Below, piece after piece: positions 34,350 through 44,557 of a stretch of DNA of 64,000 nucleotides. A model generated the notes under the pieces. That model searched no databases. It was not told where the DNA came from and saw nothing but the letters and a program-made list of their open reading frames with translations. How positions within the stretch are numbered: the stretch's first letter is position 1; every line of letters begins with the position of its first letter. Source of the DNA: Bacilli bacterium (GTDB lineage: Bacteria; Bacillota_I; Bacilli_A; RFN20; CAG-826); NCBI GenBank assembly GCA_045597865.1, contig JAZLKX010000025.1:96001-160000 (forward strand). Direction: 5' to 3'. Made by a program: the position numbers and the translations under genes.

Positions 34350-36857
34350 TTATTTTTTAAATCCATCAAATCTGAATGCGACCATTGTGATGTCATCAAA
34401 TTGAGCTGCGCCATCAGCAAATTTAACGCATTCTTCATAGACATATTCACAGAGTTCTTTACAACTTCCAAACTCTTTGGCGTTAAGAATATTTTGAAGT
34501 CTTTCTTCACCGAGCTGTTCACCTGTTGTGTTAACGCCTTCAGTAACACCATCAGTGTAAAGGTAAACAATATCACCAACTTCTAATGTAAGTTTGTTAA
34601 TTCCATAAGGCATTCCATCCATTGCTGCGAGAACTAAATTGACAGGTGCTCTTAAGTATTCAAACTTGCCATTTTTGTGTTTGATAAGTGGTGGGTTGTG
34701 TCCGCCATTAGCAAATGTTAATTCACCATTTGTTAAGTCAACACTTGCAGACCATGCTGTAACAAACATGCCAGCTTCATTACCTTCACAAAGGGTATTG
34801 TTGCCTTGCATAAATGCATCGTTGATTGGAATGTTGGTTTGAGTAAGGGATTTAAGGATACTCTTTGCACGCATCATGAATAATGCAGCTGGAATTCCTT
34901 TACCTGAAACGTCAGCGATAGTGAAGTGGAAGTGTTCTTGATTTGAGAAATAGAAATCATAGAAGTCTCCACCAACTTCTTTTGCTGCGTGCATGGATGC
35001 GTAAATATCGAATTCTTTACGATCTGGGAATGCAGGGAATGTTGATGGAAGAACTGCTGTTTGAATGGCTTTAGCCATTGCAAGTTCTTCATCGATACGT
35101 TTATTTGCTGCATCAATGTAGCCTTTTAATGCGTCAACTGTTTCGTTAATGTCTTCTGCCAAGACTTTGAATTCAGTAACGTTACCGCCATCAAGAACTT
35201 CATCTAAGTCACCTGCAGTAATCTTAGCAAGTGATTCGTTAGTTTTTTCAATACGGTCAATGATAAGTTTCTTTATAAGAATGTATGTTGTAATGAAGAT
35301 ACAACCGAAGACAATAATTTCAAGGAATGTATTAACAAAGATTGAAATATTACGGCTAAGCATAGCTTCTTCAGATGGGAGTAAAGATAAAATGTAGTGT
35401 GTGTCTTCAAATTTATATTGGGCACAATATTCTGTACCAGCAATTTTGATATTGAAAGTTGTGTTGCTAGAATTGTTTTCGAAGGCACTTGATAAATCAG
35501 AAAAATCGTCTGGTAATTTAGAATCTTTTCCTTTGGAAATGGACTTAAAGTCACCATTTAAAACGAGAAGTTCGCCTGCATTACCAACTTTTTTAAAGCC
35601 AGCAATATTGCCAACAAGTGTATCGACACCAGCTTTATCATATCCAACTTGAATGTAACCAGCTTCTTTTGTTCCGCTACCGAAATCAAATTCAAATAAA
35701 ACACCAGCGTATTTTCTTAAGTTTTCTGGTTGAGTAACAGGAGCTCTGAATTCTTGGACATAATAACCTGGTCCATTTGGATCGATTATTTGATTATGGA
35801 ATTCTCTACTTTGATCAAAGTTATAGACTTTGCCGTCAGAGTCAATATAATTGTCTTCATTCATTTTGTAACCAACATTTAATCTGTCGTTTGCATAAAC
35901 AATGAATGCATCCGATTTTCTAATTAAGTTAATCTCAACAATGCCTTGATCTTGAGCGAATTTATTTAATAAATTGTTATAGTCATCACCAGGTTCGTAG
36001 TAAGCTTCAAGTCCGGGATTTCTATCTAAAACACCTTTGATTTCGTATGCTTTTTCAATTGTTTTATACGAAATTTCATTTGCAGTTTCTGTAATTGCAT
36101 AAGACAAATCATTGTCTAATTGCTTTTTAGACATTGTGTCGTTAAATAAAAAGACAAATGTTGATGAAAGCAAGAAGGAAACAATAGTTAATCCAGATAA
36201 AGTAACGATGAATTTTGAATTTAATGTTTTTAGGTCAGGCTTTCTGAAAGCTTTTTTGCCTTCATCAAGTGCTGCATAAACAATTAATGAAATTAAAACA
36301 GCTAAGCTGTTAGCAGTTAGCATTGGTGGTGTACATGCTTGAACAACAGCAAATGCTTTTTGATATTGAGCAGCATTTGTGACAAAGACCATTAATAAAT
36401 GGAATACTTCAATAACAAAGCCAGTAAAGAATCCAGATAAGAATCTTGGGCGCTTGTCATCAAATGCAAAATGTCTGACTATAGCAGCAATAATGCCTGC
36501 AAGGAATGTAGAAACTGAACAAGCGATTACTGTAAAACCGAATTTCGTTGGATTAACAAGACCAACAATCATTCTTTCAAGTCCGCCAATAGTACCAGCT
36601 ATAATTCCAGTTGGACCACCAAAGATTAAACCACCAATAATGACAGCAGCATCTCTTGCGTTTGCGGCTGCTCCACCAAATGGAATACTCCAGTGAGTTC
36701 CAACAATGGCAAGCCCACCAAAGACAACGCCATAAATGGCTTGTTTAACCCAATAAGGCAATTTGCTAAAACCTGTTTTGTTTAAAAAGAAAAAAATAAT
36801 TGCTGCAGCGACAGGTAATAAAGCTGCAATTGCTAAGAATAAATAACTAGTAAACAT
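34350..36857 (-). CDS. membrane sensor PP2C/SpoIIE (RsbU-like) phosphatase with LytS-type 5TM, extracellular and HAMP domains
   Basis: ANARDAAVIIGGLIFGG 5TM motif; EVGGDFYD, IADVSGKG, MFVT, YTDGVTE, DDIT; ATG 36857 supported by TTGCTT-N17-TATAAT upstream. Confidence 0.9.
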   Translation of the reverse strand: MFTSYLFLAIAALLPVAAAIIFFFLNKTGFSKLPYWVKQAIYGVVFGGLAIVGTHWSIPFGGAAANARDAAVIIGGLIFGGPTGIIAGTIGGLERMIVGLVNPTKFGFTVIACSVSTFLAGIIAAIVRHFAFDDKRPRFLSGFFTGFVIEVFHLLMVFVTNAAQYQKAFAVVQACTPPMLTANSLAVLISLIVYAALDEGKKAFRKPDLKTLNSKFIVTLSGLTIVSFLLSSTFVFLFNDTMSKKQLDNDLSYAITETANEISYKTIEKAYEIKGVLDRNPGLEAYYEPGDDYNNLLNKFAQDQGIVEINLIRKSDAFIVYANDRLNVGYKMNEDNYIDSDGKVYNFDQSREFHNQIIDPNGPGYYVQEFRAPVTQPENLRKYAGVLFEFDFGSGTKEAGYIQVGYDKAGVDTLVGNIAGFKKVGNAGELLVLNGDFKSISKGKDSKLPDDFSDLSSAFENNSSNTTFNIKIAGTEYCAQYKFEDTHYILSLLPSEEAMLSRNISIFVNTFLEIIVFGCIFITTYILIKKLIIDRIEKTNESLAKITAGDLDEVLDGGNVTEFKVLAEDINETVDALKGYIDAANKRIDEELAMAKAIQTAVLPSTFPAFPDRKEFDIYASMHAAKEVGGDFYDFYFSNQEHFHFTIADVSGKGIPAALFMMRAKSILKSLTQTNIPINDAFMQGNNTLCEGNEAGMFVTAWSASVDLTNGELTFANGGHNPPLIKHKNGKFEYLRAPVNLVLAAMDGMPYGINKLTLEVGDIVYLYTDGVTEGVNTTGEQLGEERLQNILNAKEFGSCKELCEYVYEECVKFADGAAQFDDITMVAFRFDGFKK

Positions 36858-36962
36858 ATTGTCTAAAATTATACGTAAATCGATGGCTGCAAGCAATAAT
36901 TTTTAATTATTCAGAAAAATAGTGCTAACTTTTTCTTTTTAAAGAAAGTATAATATTTTCAT

Positions 36963-38702
36963 ATGTTTAAAAAGTTTCTTTCGTATTACAAACCATACAA
37001 ACGTTTATTTGTGTTAGACATGATAGCGTCATTTATTATCGCTATCATTGGTATGGGTTATCCAATCATCACTAAGTACATGCTTTCTGATTGGGTTCCA
37101 AACAAAAATCTTAACATGGTAATCATCGGTGGATGTTCACTTGTTGGCATTTATGTTGTAAGAGCACTTTTACGTTTCTTTGTCCAATATTATGGACACG
37201 TAATGGGTGTTAAGATGCAAGCTGACATGAGAAGAGAACTCTTCGAAAAGCTTCAAAAACTCCCATATTCTTACTACGACAATCATGAAACTGGAACAGT
37301 TCTTTCAAATATGACAAATGATCTCTTTGAGATCTCTGAACTTGCACACCATGGACCAGAAAATATTTTGATTGCTGGTTTTACAATTATTGGTGGCATT
37401 GTCTATCTTCTTTTAATCAACCTTATTTTAGGTTTGATTTTACTTGGTGTTGTCCCAATTTTGTTCTTAGTAACCTTCTATTTTAGAAAGCAGTTTAGAG
37501 ACTCAATGAGAAAGACAAGAATCGCTACTGCAAAAATCAATGTTAGACTTGAAAATTCTATCTCTGGAATTAAAGTTACAAAGGCATTTACCAACGATGA
37601 TTTAGAACACGAAAAGTTTGAAAAATGTAACCAAGAATACACCGATGTTAGAACTCAAGTTTTTGGTTCAATGGGACGTTATTTTTCAATTTCTCAGTTT
37701 ATAACTGACTTCTTTAATGTTGTCATCATTTTAGTTGGTGGATTATTGCTCTATTTTGAAGTCAATCAATTCGCTGTTGCTGAGTACTCAACATTCATCG
37801 TTTCTGTCTCGCTTTTTATCTCTCCAATTAACCAAGTAATCATGTTTATGGAACAACTCGAAAGTGGTTCATCTGGCTTTGAAAGATTTGTCAAAGTTTT
37901 AGAGGAAGAAGAGGAAACAAAATACAACGGAACAAAAGTTCTTGATCATGTTGATGGAGATCTTGAATTTAGACATGTAAATTTCTCATACAACAAGAGC
38001 GGTGAAGTTCTCAATGACGTTAACTTTAAATTAAAAAAAGGAAAAACGCTCGCGCTCGTAGGCCCATCAGGCGGTGGTAAAACATCAATTTGTCACTTAA
38101 TTCCTCGATTCTATTTCTTGAACGAAAATGGTGGTTCCATCTTGTTAGATGGAGTTGATACTTCCGAATACACTTTAGACTCACTTAGACAAAACATTGG
38201 AATTGTCCAGCAAGATGTCTTCTTATTCGGTGGAACAATCAAGGATAATGTTTTGTATGGAAAACCAGATGCAACTGATGAAGAACTTAATGAAGCCGCA
38301 AAGAACGCTAACTTGTTAGATTTCATCAATTCACTTCCAGAAGGTTGGGATACAAATATTGGTGAAAGAGGAGCAAAGCTCTCTGGTGGCCAAAAACAAA
38401 GAATTTCTATTGCCAGAATCTTCTTAAAGAATCCTCCATTACTTATTCTTGATGAAGCAACTTCCGCACTTGATAATGCAACAGAATATTTGATTCAAGA
38501 TGCACTTAATGTTCTTGCCAAAGGAAGAACATGTATTATTGTTGCTCATAGACTTTCTACAATTAAGAATGCAGACACAATTGCAGTTGTAGAAGCTGGT
38601 AAGATTGTTGAAATGGGAACTCATAAAGAGTTACTTAAAAATAAAGGACCTTATTCAGTCCTCTACGAATTACAATTCAAATTATCAGACGAAAAAAGAT
38701 AA
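36963..38702 (+). CDS. ABC exporter, fused permease/ATPase (MsbA-like)
   Basis: 6-TM domain, GPSGGGKT, LSGGQKQR, LDEATSALD. Confidence 0.93.
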   Translation: MFKKFLSYYKPYKRLFVLDMIASFIIAIIGMGYPIITKYMLSDWVPNKNLNMVIIGGCSLVGIYVVRALLRFFVQYYGHVMGVKMQADMRRELFEKLQKLPYSYYDNHETGTVLSNMTNDLFEISELAHHGPENILIAGFTIIGGIVYLLLINLILGLILLGVVPILFLVTFYFRKQFRDSMRKTRIATAKINVRLENSISGIKVTKAFTNDDLEHEKFEKCNQEYTDVRTQVFGSMGRYFSISQFITDFFNVVIILVGGLLLYFEVNQFAVAEYSTFIVSVSLFISPINQVIMFMEQLESGSSGFERFVKVLEEEEETKYNGTKVLDHVDGDLEFRHVNFSYNKSGEVLNDVNFKLKKGKTLALVGPSGGGKTSICHLIPRFYFLNENGGSILLDGVDTSEYTLDSLRQNIGIVQQDVFLFGGTIKDNVLYGKPDATDEELNEAAKNANLLDFINSLPEGWDTNIGERGAKLSGGQKQRISIARIFLKNPPLLILDEATSALDNATEYLIQDALNVLAKGRTCIIVAHRLSTIKNADTIAVVEAGKIVEMGTHKELLKNKGPYSVLYELQFKLSDEKR

Positions 38703-38704
38703 AC

Positions 38705-38738
38705 AAAAAACCTCAGGTTTAATGCCTGAGGTTTATTT
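38705..38738. terminator. bidirectional terminator
   Basis: AAACCTCAGG/CCTGAGGTTT. Confidence 0.85.
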
Positions 38739-38752
38739 GTTATTAATTAAAA

Positions 38753-38941
38753 TTAATATTTGTGAGATCTTTCTTCAACTTCTTCGTTGATTTCAGCTCT
38801 TCTTTCTTTTGCAAGTTTCATTAAATCAGAAAGAGCTTTTCTTGTTCTGACAGCGCCAGCTTTAAATCCTTTTTCTTCGAATCTTTCGTTTTCTTCTAAA
38901 TAGGTTTCGAAAGCTTCAACAATCTTGTCATGTGTACTCAT
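38753..38941 (-). CDS. small Hc1 / histone-H1-like helical protein
   Basis: KGFKAGAVRTRKALSDLMKLAKERRAEI resembles the KGNKAAG.RARK..L.K..K..R signature; RBS AAGGA. Confidence 0.65.
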   Translation of the reverse strand: MSTHDKIVEAFETYLEENERFEEKGFKAGAVRTRKALSDLMKLAKERRAEINEEVEERSHKY

Positions 38942-39057
38942 AGTTATTTTTTCCTTTCGTGAGTTGCCTATACAATACAATAATTTTTTGTATTTGGAAA
39001 TAATTTTATCGTTTTTTTAAAAAATAAGTTATATTGTATTTAGCAAGAGGTTCCAAT

Positions 39058-39750
39058 ATGAAGGCAAACAAAATTAAAGCATTAACATTAATGTTAACAA
39101 GTGCATTTTTATTATCAGGATGTAATGAATCTGATACAGTATCAAAAAAATCTTACGATACAATGTATGAACACTTAGTTTATTGCTGGAATCAATCTCT
39201 TGAAGGAATTCATTTTGATAATGCTTTCTTTGGCGACTCTAGAGTTATCGGTGGAGATTTTGTTGGAGAATTTAAAGACAAATCAGTCGTAAATTTAGGA
39301 GTAGGTGGAGATAAAGTCAATGATCTTATTAATAGATATGGTCTAATTAAAACTGTAACACCGAAACGTGTATTTCTTGCGATTGGCGGAAATAACGCAC
39401 TTTCTAGTGAATACAATAAAGATAGTTTTGTGAGTGAATACAACACTCTTTTGAGTTTATTTAAAAATGATGGTTATGACGTTGTAGTTCATAACGTGGT
39501 AGGTTTAACAACGTTTAATTCATCATTAGATGAAAAAGATGTAAATGAAAAGAATTTAAAAATATCTGAAATAAACCAAATCATTAAATCTAAAGCTGAA
39601 GAATACAAATTCACATTCGTTGATATCGCATCAGTTATGAATAAAAATGATTCTAACGAAATGAAAAACGAGTATTCTGCTGATGGAGTACATTTTAATG
39701 AAACAGGCTTTAAAGTCTGGTTTGATTGTATTAGAGAATTAATTTTCTAA
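39058..39750 (+). CDS. SGNH/GDSL hydrolase lipoprotein
   Basis: Lipobox LSGC; FFGDS, NLGVGG, IGGN, DGVHFN blocks. Confidence 0.88.
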   Translation: MKANKIKALTLMLTSAFLLSGCNESDTVSKKSYDTMYEHLVYCWNQSLEGIHFDNAFFGDSRVIGGDFVGEFKDKSVVNLGVGGDKVNDLINRYGLIKTVTPKRVFLAIGGNNALSSEYNKDSFVSEYNTLLSLFKNDGYDVVVHNVVGLTTFNSSLDEKDVNEKNLKISEINQIIKSKAEEYKFTFVDIASVMNKNDSNEMKNEYSADGVHFNETGFKVWFDCIRELIF

Positions 39751-41691
39751 TTAGTTGTGTTCTTTTAAGAACTCGAGATATTCATCTTCTGTTAAACATT
39801 GTGCAAAGTAGTAGCCTTGAATAAATTCAAAGTCTAATTTCTTTGCGAATTCATATTGTTCTTTGGTCTCAACACCTTCAATAACAATTGGGTAATCAAG
39901 AGCCTTAAATAAGTTACGCATTGACTCCACAAAGAGTCTTGCTTTCTTGTTGTCTTCAAGAAGGGTTTTATCAAGTTTAATAATATTAAATGGTTGATTT
40001 AAGAGTTGATTAACATTTGAATAACCAGTTCCAAAATCATCAATAGCGAATCTAATTCCTTCTTTTCTAAGTGTGTTCATAAATTCTGAAATGTGTTCGG
40101 AATGCTTAACTGTTGCAGTCTCAGTAATTTCAAAACAAATCTTAGATGGATCAACTTTTGACTTTTTAATAATATCAACGAATTTCTTGGCTGGGTTTGT
40201 GAAGAATTCAGCACCTGAAACATTGATTTCCATCATATTTATTTCAGAATGTTTATTTAAAAATTCGCAAACTGTGCGTGTAACATATTCATCTAATAAA
40301 TTGGCAAGACCAGCTTTTTCTGCAAGCGGAACAAACTCTGCAGGAGGAATGTTCCCGAACTCTTCACAAGTGAAACGAAGCAAAGCTTCAGCATTATCAA
40401 ACTTACCGGTTCTATTGTTTAGAATTGGTTGATATCTCATTGAGAAACCAGAACAATCACCATTAAGTCTTTCAGCTAAAATCTTTTGGATTTTGATTTC
40501 TCTTGTAATCTTTTCTACGTGTGATGAATCAACATAAAGAAGTTCGTCTTTCTTGCTATTTAAAGTTTCAGAGAGGAGGTTTGCATAGTTTAAAAATTGG
40601 TTACAAGTTTCATTCTTTCCATTGTCGGTGAATTCAACAAGTTTACATGAGAGTTTAACTTCAACATTTTTAATTTCCCATGGTTTTTCAAATCTATGCT
40701 TGATTGCACCGATTGCATTCTCGGCATCACTTTTCTTCTTAAAAAGAAGAACAAACTTTGATGAGAAAACACGGAAAGCATAAATGTTCTTTTGGAGTGA
40801 ATTAAAGAAGGTTCCGACTTCTCCATAAAGTTCGTTTCCAGTGACGATACCAAGTGTTTCATTAATTTCTTCAATTCCTTTAACATCAATTGAGACAATA
40901 AAGTTTTCTCTTGCTTCTTTGGTTGTTTTTTCCATGTAAAGCATTAAAGCATTGAAGTTGAAAACGCCTGTGATTTTATCAACTAAGTCATCTGGATTTG
41001 AGATGTTATCTTCGATAAAGTAAAGAGCGAATGCAATTGTGATACCAGTAAGAAGAATGGTTGGATATGCAATTTGAATTCCGATGCCAATTAAAATAAC
41101 TGCGATTGAAATATAGATAGCAATAAGTTGTCTATTTTCGAGTTGTTTGTGTTTAATTCCAGCGAACACTGCGACAAGTAAAAAGTCAAAGATTGCAGTG
41201 CCGTAGTAACACAAGAATAATGGACCGTGTGTGTACATTAAGTTGCCTTCTGTATTTTCTGCAATATAGCAAACCCAATGTGTTGCAGGATCTACAAACA
41301 TAAGTAATGCAAAGACAAGACCTGGAATTAAGAATAAATATAAATATTTATTTCTGTAATACTTTGGACCAAGAATTGCAAGAAGATAAACAAACATTAA
41401 GCTTGGTAATGCGACTTGCAAAATATAGAATGCACGATTGAATAGTTCATTAATCCAAATCGGACATTGATACATATAAGTTTCAACAAGAACTGAAGCG
41501 GTGATATCAACTGCAATATCAACGATTGCAACAATAACGGCACCAATAAATAATTTGGTTAAGATTGTTGGGAAGCGTTTGTGATAAAAGTACTTAATTA
41601 AAAGAATGAATAGGAACAACAAAGCTCCAATTTCAAAAAAGTAGTTGTAACCAGGGACATTCCATCTGTCCACCAAATTTGCGAGTGTCAT
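39751..41691 (-). CDS. 7-TM sensor with degenerate GGDEF and intact EAL (c-di-GMP phosphodiesterase)
   Basis: YQPI, EALLRF, INVS, EITE, IDDFGTGYS, EGVE, QGYYF; GGDEF position reads RVFSSKF. Confidence 0.88.
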   Translation of the reverse strand: MTLANLVDRWNVPGYNYFFEIGALLFLFILLIKYFYHKRFPTILTKLFIGAVIVAIVDIAVDITASVLVETYMYQCPIWINELFNRAFYILQVALPSLMFVYLLAILGPKYYRNKYLYLFLIPGLVFALLMFVDPATHWVCYIAENTEGNLMYTHGPLFLCYYGTAIFDFLLVAVFAGIKHKQLENRQLIAIYISIAVILIGIGIQIAYPTILLTGITIAFALYFIEDNISNPDDLVDKITGVFNFNALMLYMEKTTKEARENFIVSIDVKGIEEINETLGIVTGNELYGEVGTFFNSLQKNIYAFRVFSSKFVLLFKKKSDAENAIGAIKHRFEKPWEIKNVEVKLSCKLVEFTDNGKNETCNQFLNYANLLSETLNSKKDELLYVDSSHVEKITREIKIQKILAERLNGDCSGFSMRYQPILNNRTGKFDNAEALLRFTCEEFGNIPPAEFVPLAEKAGLANLLDEYVTRTVCEFLNKHSEINMMEINVSGAEFFTNPAKKFVDIIKKSKVDPSKICFEITETATVKHSEHISEFMNTLRKEGIRFAIDDFGTGYSNVNQLLNQPFNIIKLDKTLLEDNKKARLFVESMRNLFKALDYPIVIEGVETKEQYEFAKKLDFEFIQGYYFAQCLTEDEYLEFLKEHN

Positions 41692-41816
41692 AATAATCAC
41701 CTCTTGTTGATTTAATTGTAGTTTAAAACTATGTTTTTATAAACTAAATTTATGAAAATGAAATATTGAAAGACTTTGTCTTTCTAGTAATGTAAAAATT
41801 TACATTTTGTTTCATA

Positions 41817-41866
41817 TTGTAAGCGCTCGCATAAGCAATGTATAATATATGCGAACTTATGAGCGC
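41817..41866 (+). promoter_or_regulatory. promoter with cre/LacI-type operator over the -35
   Basis: TTGTAA-N18-TATAAT; TGTAAGCGCTCGCA (41818-41831) fits the cre consensus TGWAARCGYTWNCW with one mismatch. Confidence 0.6.
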
Positions 41867-41897
41867 GATTCGAAGGCGCTCAAGAAAGGAAATAAAA

Positions 41898-43169
41898 ATG
41901 AAAGGTAAAAAGATTCTTTCATTAGTTTCTCTCGCAATGGGTGTAGCCATTGTTGGAGGAACCTTTGCTGCTTGGGCTGTAACGGATAATGCAGATCCAT
42001 TTGGCATCAAAGTTTCGCCAGGATCAGTTGGTCCTGACACCACACAGTTTGTCACCTTATCATATGGTTCATCCACATTTGCTAATGTTGACAACCTCGA
42101 AGCTGGCGTTCCAAGAATTGCTGGTAGCGTTCTTTTAAAAGCCGACACTAACGATGGTACAGCTTTCCCTTATGCAGTGTTTGATATTGCTCTTCAAGAT
42201 CAATCAAACGGCAAGGAAGCCGGTGATGCAAAACTTGTTAACTTGTTAAATGTCGATGTCTACGATGTACAAGTTAAAGTTAATGCAAGTAACCAAGTTG
42301 TTGGCATGGATGACAATGCAGTTACTCCAATTGGACACATTCCAACTGAAGACGAAGAACTTGAAACAAGTATTGCAGTAACAATTCCTTCAGGAACAGG
42401 AAAAATGGTCTATGTTGTTGTCTCACTTGATGGTAATACAGACGCAAAAGTTCTTGAAGAAATTGCAAGTGATGTTGTTTATCTCCAAATGGATTTGAAC
42501 AAATCAGAAACAACACCAATCGCTTCAACATCAAAGATTTACTTTGCTTATGACTCTGGCAAGACAGTCAATGTTTATGCCTGGGGCGCAAAGAACAAGA
42601 ATGCTGATTGGCCAGGCGTTGCAATGCATGATGAAGGTAATGGCTATTACTCCTATGACTTAAAAGTTGACTTTGATCACGTCATCTTTACAGAACCAGG
42701 AGCAACAGAAGATGCTGATCCAGTTATGCAAACAGTCGACCTCGAAATTGGTGCTGACCAAAGAGGCGATACTCCTACATTCAAGCTCAATTTAGGTCCA
42801 GAAGAATCTGGCAAATGGGGTGGCTCATGGGCTGCTGCACCAGATCCAGAAATTGTTGTTGGCTACTATGTAGTTGGCGACAAGAAAGGCAACTGGAGTC
42901 CAGCAAAAGCTAACCTTATGACAGTCGAAGCAGGTAATGATAAACATTATTCTGTTGATTTAGCACTTGAAGCAGGCGAATTACTTAAGGTTACTAACCA
43001 AAACAAGACAGTTTGGTTTAGCTCAGTTTCAACCTGGGAAGATTGTGGATTCACAATCGATGCCTCAGGAAACATTGTTGTTACTACCGCAGGTAACTAC
43101 ACAGTCAATCTCTACACAGAAGGTGACGGTGGCAACTGCGTTACATTAACACCAAAAGCATCAGCTTAA
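41898..43169 (+). CDS. SipW-dependent secreted TasA/CalY-like subunit with CBM26-like and second starch-binding-type module
   Basis: Signal ending VGGTFA-AW; VNVYAWG..WPGVAM..GNGYYSY..VIF (CBM26-like); GYYVVG..NW..L.AGE.LKV (SusE/F-type); ATG 41898 after AAAGGA. Confidence 0.75.
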   Translation: MKGKKILSLVSLAMGVAIVGGTFAAWAVTDNADPFGIKVSPGSVGPDTTQFVTLSYGSSTFANVDNLEAGVPRIAGSVLLKADTNDGTAFPYAVFDIALQDQSNGKEAGDAKLVNLLNVDVYDVQVKVNASNQVVGMDDNAVTPIGHIPTEDEELETSIAVTIPSGTGKMVYVVVSLDGNTDAKVLEEIASDVVYLQMDLNKSETTPIASTSKIYFAYDSGKTVNVYAWGAKNKNADWPGVAMHDEGNGYYSYDLKVDFDHVIFTEPGATEDADPVMQTVDLEIGADQRGDTPTFKLNLGPEESGKWGGSWAAAPDPEIVVGYYVVGDKKGNWSPAKANLMTVEAGNDKHYSVDLALEAGELLKVTNQNKTVWFSSVSTWEDCGFTIDASGNIVVTTAGNYTVNLYTEGDGGNCVTLTPKASA

Positions 43170-43182
43170 TTGCTTAAACTTT

Positions 43183-43207
43183 AGGGAGGGGATTTCCCCT
43201 CCCTTTT
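43183..43207 (+). terminator. intra-operon hairpin/attenuator
   Basis: AGGGAGGGG/CCCCTCCCT plus short T-run, ending ~10 nt before the next ATG. Confidence 0.75.
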
Positions 43208-43216
43208 CCCGTTATT

Positions 43217-44557
43217 ATGTCAATAAAGAATAAACAAAAGGTTAAAAAGATTTTAGATATTGCAGCTTTCGTTGCGTTCTTTTTGTTTTTCGTTTGTTCT
43301 TTACTTTGTTTAATTGCCAGATTTAATGGTGCAAGATTTTCACTTTTTGGAAATAGATATGATGTTGTTCTAACAAATTCAATGGCTGAAAAGAATCCAG
43401 AATATGCTGAATTTTTAAAAGATGATAACAATCAAATGAAAGCTTTTGATCTTGTTATTTCTAAAGAACTTCCTGCTCCAGAAGAAATTAAGGCTCATGA
43501 TGTTGTTATTTATACAGATAGATATGTTGGCACAAACATGCACAGAGTTGTTGATGTTGATATGAGCTACTATGAAAGAGTTGAATTTAATAATGCATCT
43601 CAAACTGAAATAAATGGTAAAACAGCAATTACTTTGAATGATGTTGCTTCTGGAATTACTACAAACGATATTAGTTTTAAGACTATGTCTTTCACTACAT
43701 ATTCCACTTTAGAAAATACTGACAATTTCAACATTTTCTCAGTTTCTCAACTTTACACACCAGAAATTACAAGAATTGAAGCTGAAAATGGTGGTTATTT
43801 TACTACTTATAAAATTTCAAAAAATACTGAAGCTCCTGGAGTTTTAAAAATTTCTCACAAAGCAATTTACGATTATTCTGCTGAGTTTATTACTGAACTC
43901 CATATTGATTCAAAAGCAGGCGCAATTGATGTAAGCATGATTGATTTACTTCCTTCAAATGAAGATTCTAATAATTTATTAGCAACATTTAATAAGCAAT
44001 TCATTTATGAGATTCGTGGTGATGCTTCCAATACATCAGATGGTTGGTATTCATATAATGAATTACAATCAATCGTTGTGAAAAACATGCCTGGTATGGG
44101 TTACCCAATTAGATTTATGGGTTCCATCTGGGGTGGCTTAATGTTTGGCCTATTAGGCTTATTGATTATTGTTGCAGACATTTTAATGAACAGACTTGAT
44201 AAAAAAGAAGCAGCTGAGACTGCAAAATCAACTACTGTTGATAATTCCAAAGAATTGAAAGAAGAATCTACTGAACAGCCTAAAGTTGATGAGCCTAAAG
44301 AAAACACTCAATCAGTAGAACAACCAAAAATTGAAGAATCAAAAGCTGAAGTAAAAGAAGAAAAACCAGCTGAAGAAAAACCAGCTGCCGAAAAGAAAGT
44401 TCCAGCAAAAAAGACTCCTGCTAAAAAAGCTAATGGACAATTTGCTTCTAAGGAAAGTTCAAAAGCTCCAGTAAAAAGCTCTAAAAATAGTTCTAGATGG
44501 ACAAAGGAAAATAATCCAACAGTAAATAAAAAACGTGCTGAAGGAGGGCAAAAATAA
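43217..44557 (+). CDS. SipW/ER-type signal peptidase I (S26B) with large insertion and charged tail
   Basis: N-terminal TM, VVLTNSM (Ser), FDLVI, DVVIY, MHRVV (His), RGDASN, second TM. Confidence 0.75.
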   Translation: MSIKNKQKVKKILDIAAFVAFFLFFVCSLLCLIARFNGARFSLFGNRYDVVLTNSMAEKNPEYAEFLKDDNNQMKAFDLVISKELPAPEEIKAHDVVIYTDRYVGTNMHRVVDVDMSYYERVEFNNASQTEINGKTAITLNDVASGITTNDISFKTMSFTTYSTLENTDNFNIFSVSQLYTPEITRIEAENGGYFTTYKISKNTEAPGVLKISHKAIYDYSAEFITELHIDSKAGAIDVSMIDLLPSNEDSNNLLATFNKQFIYEIRGDASNTSDGWYSYNELQSIVVKNMPGMGYPIRFMGSIWGGLMFGLLGLLIIVADILMNRLDKKEAAETAKSTTVDNSKELKEESTEQPKVDEPKENTQSVEQPKIEESKAEVKEEKPAEEKPAAEKKVPAKKTPAKKANGQFASKESSKAPVKSSKNSSRWTKENNPTVNKKRAEGGQK

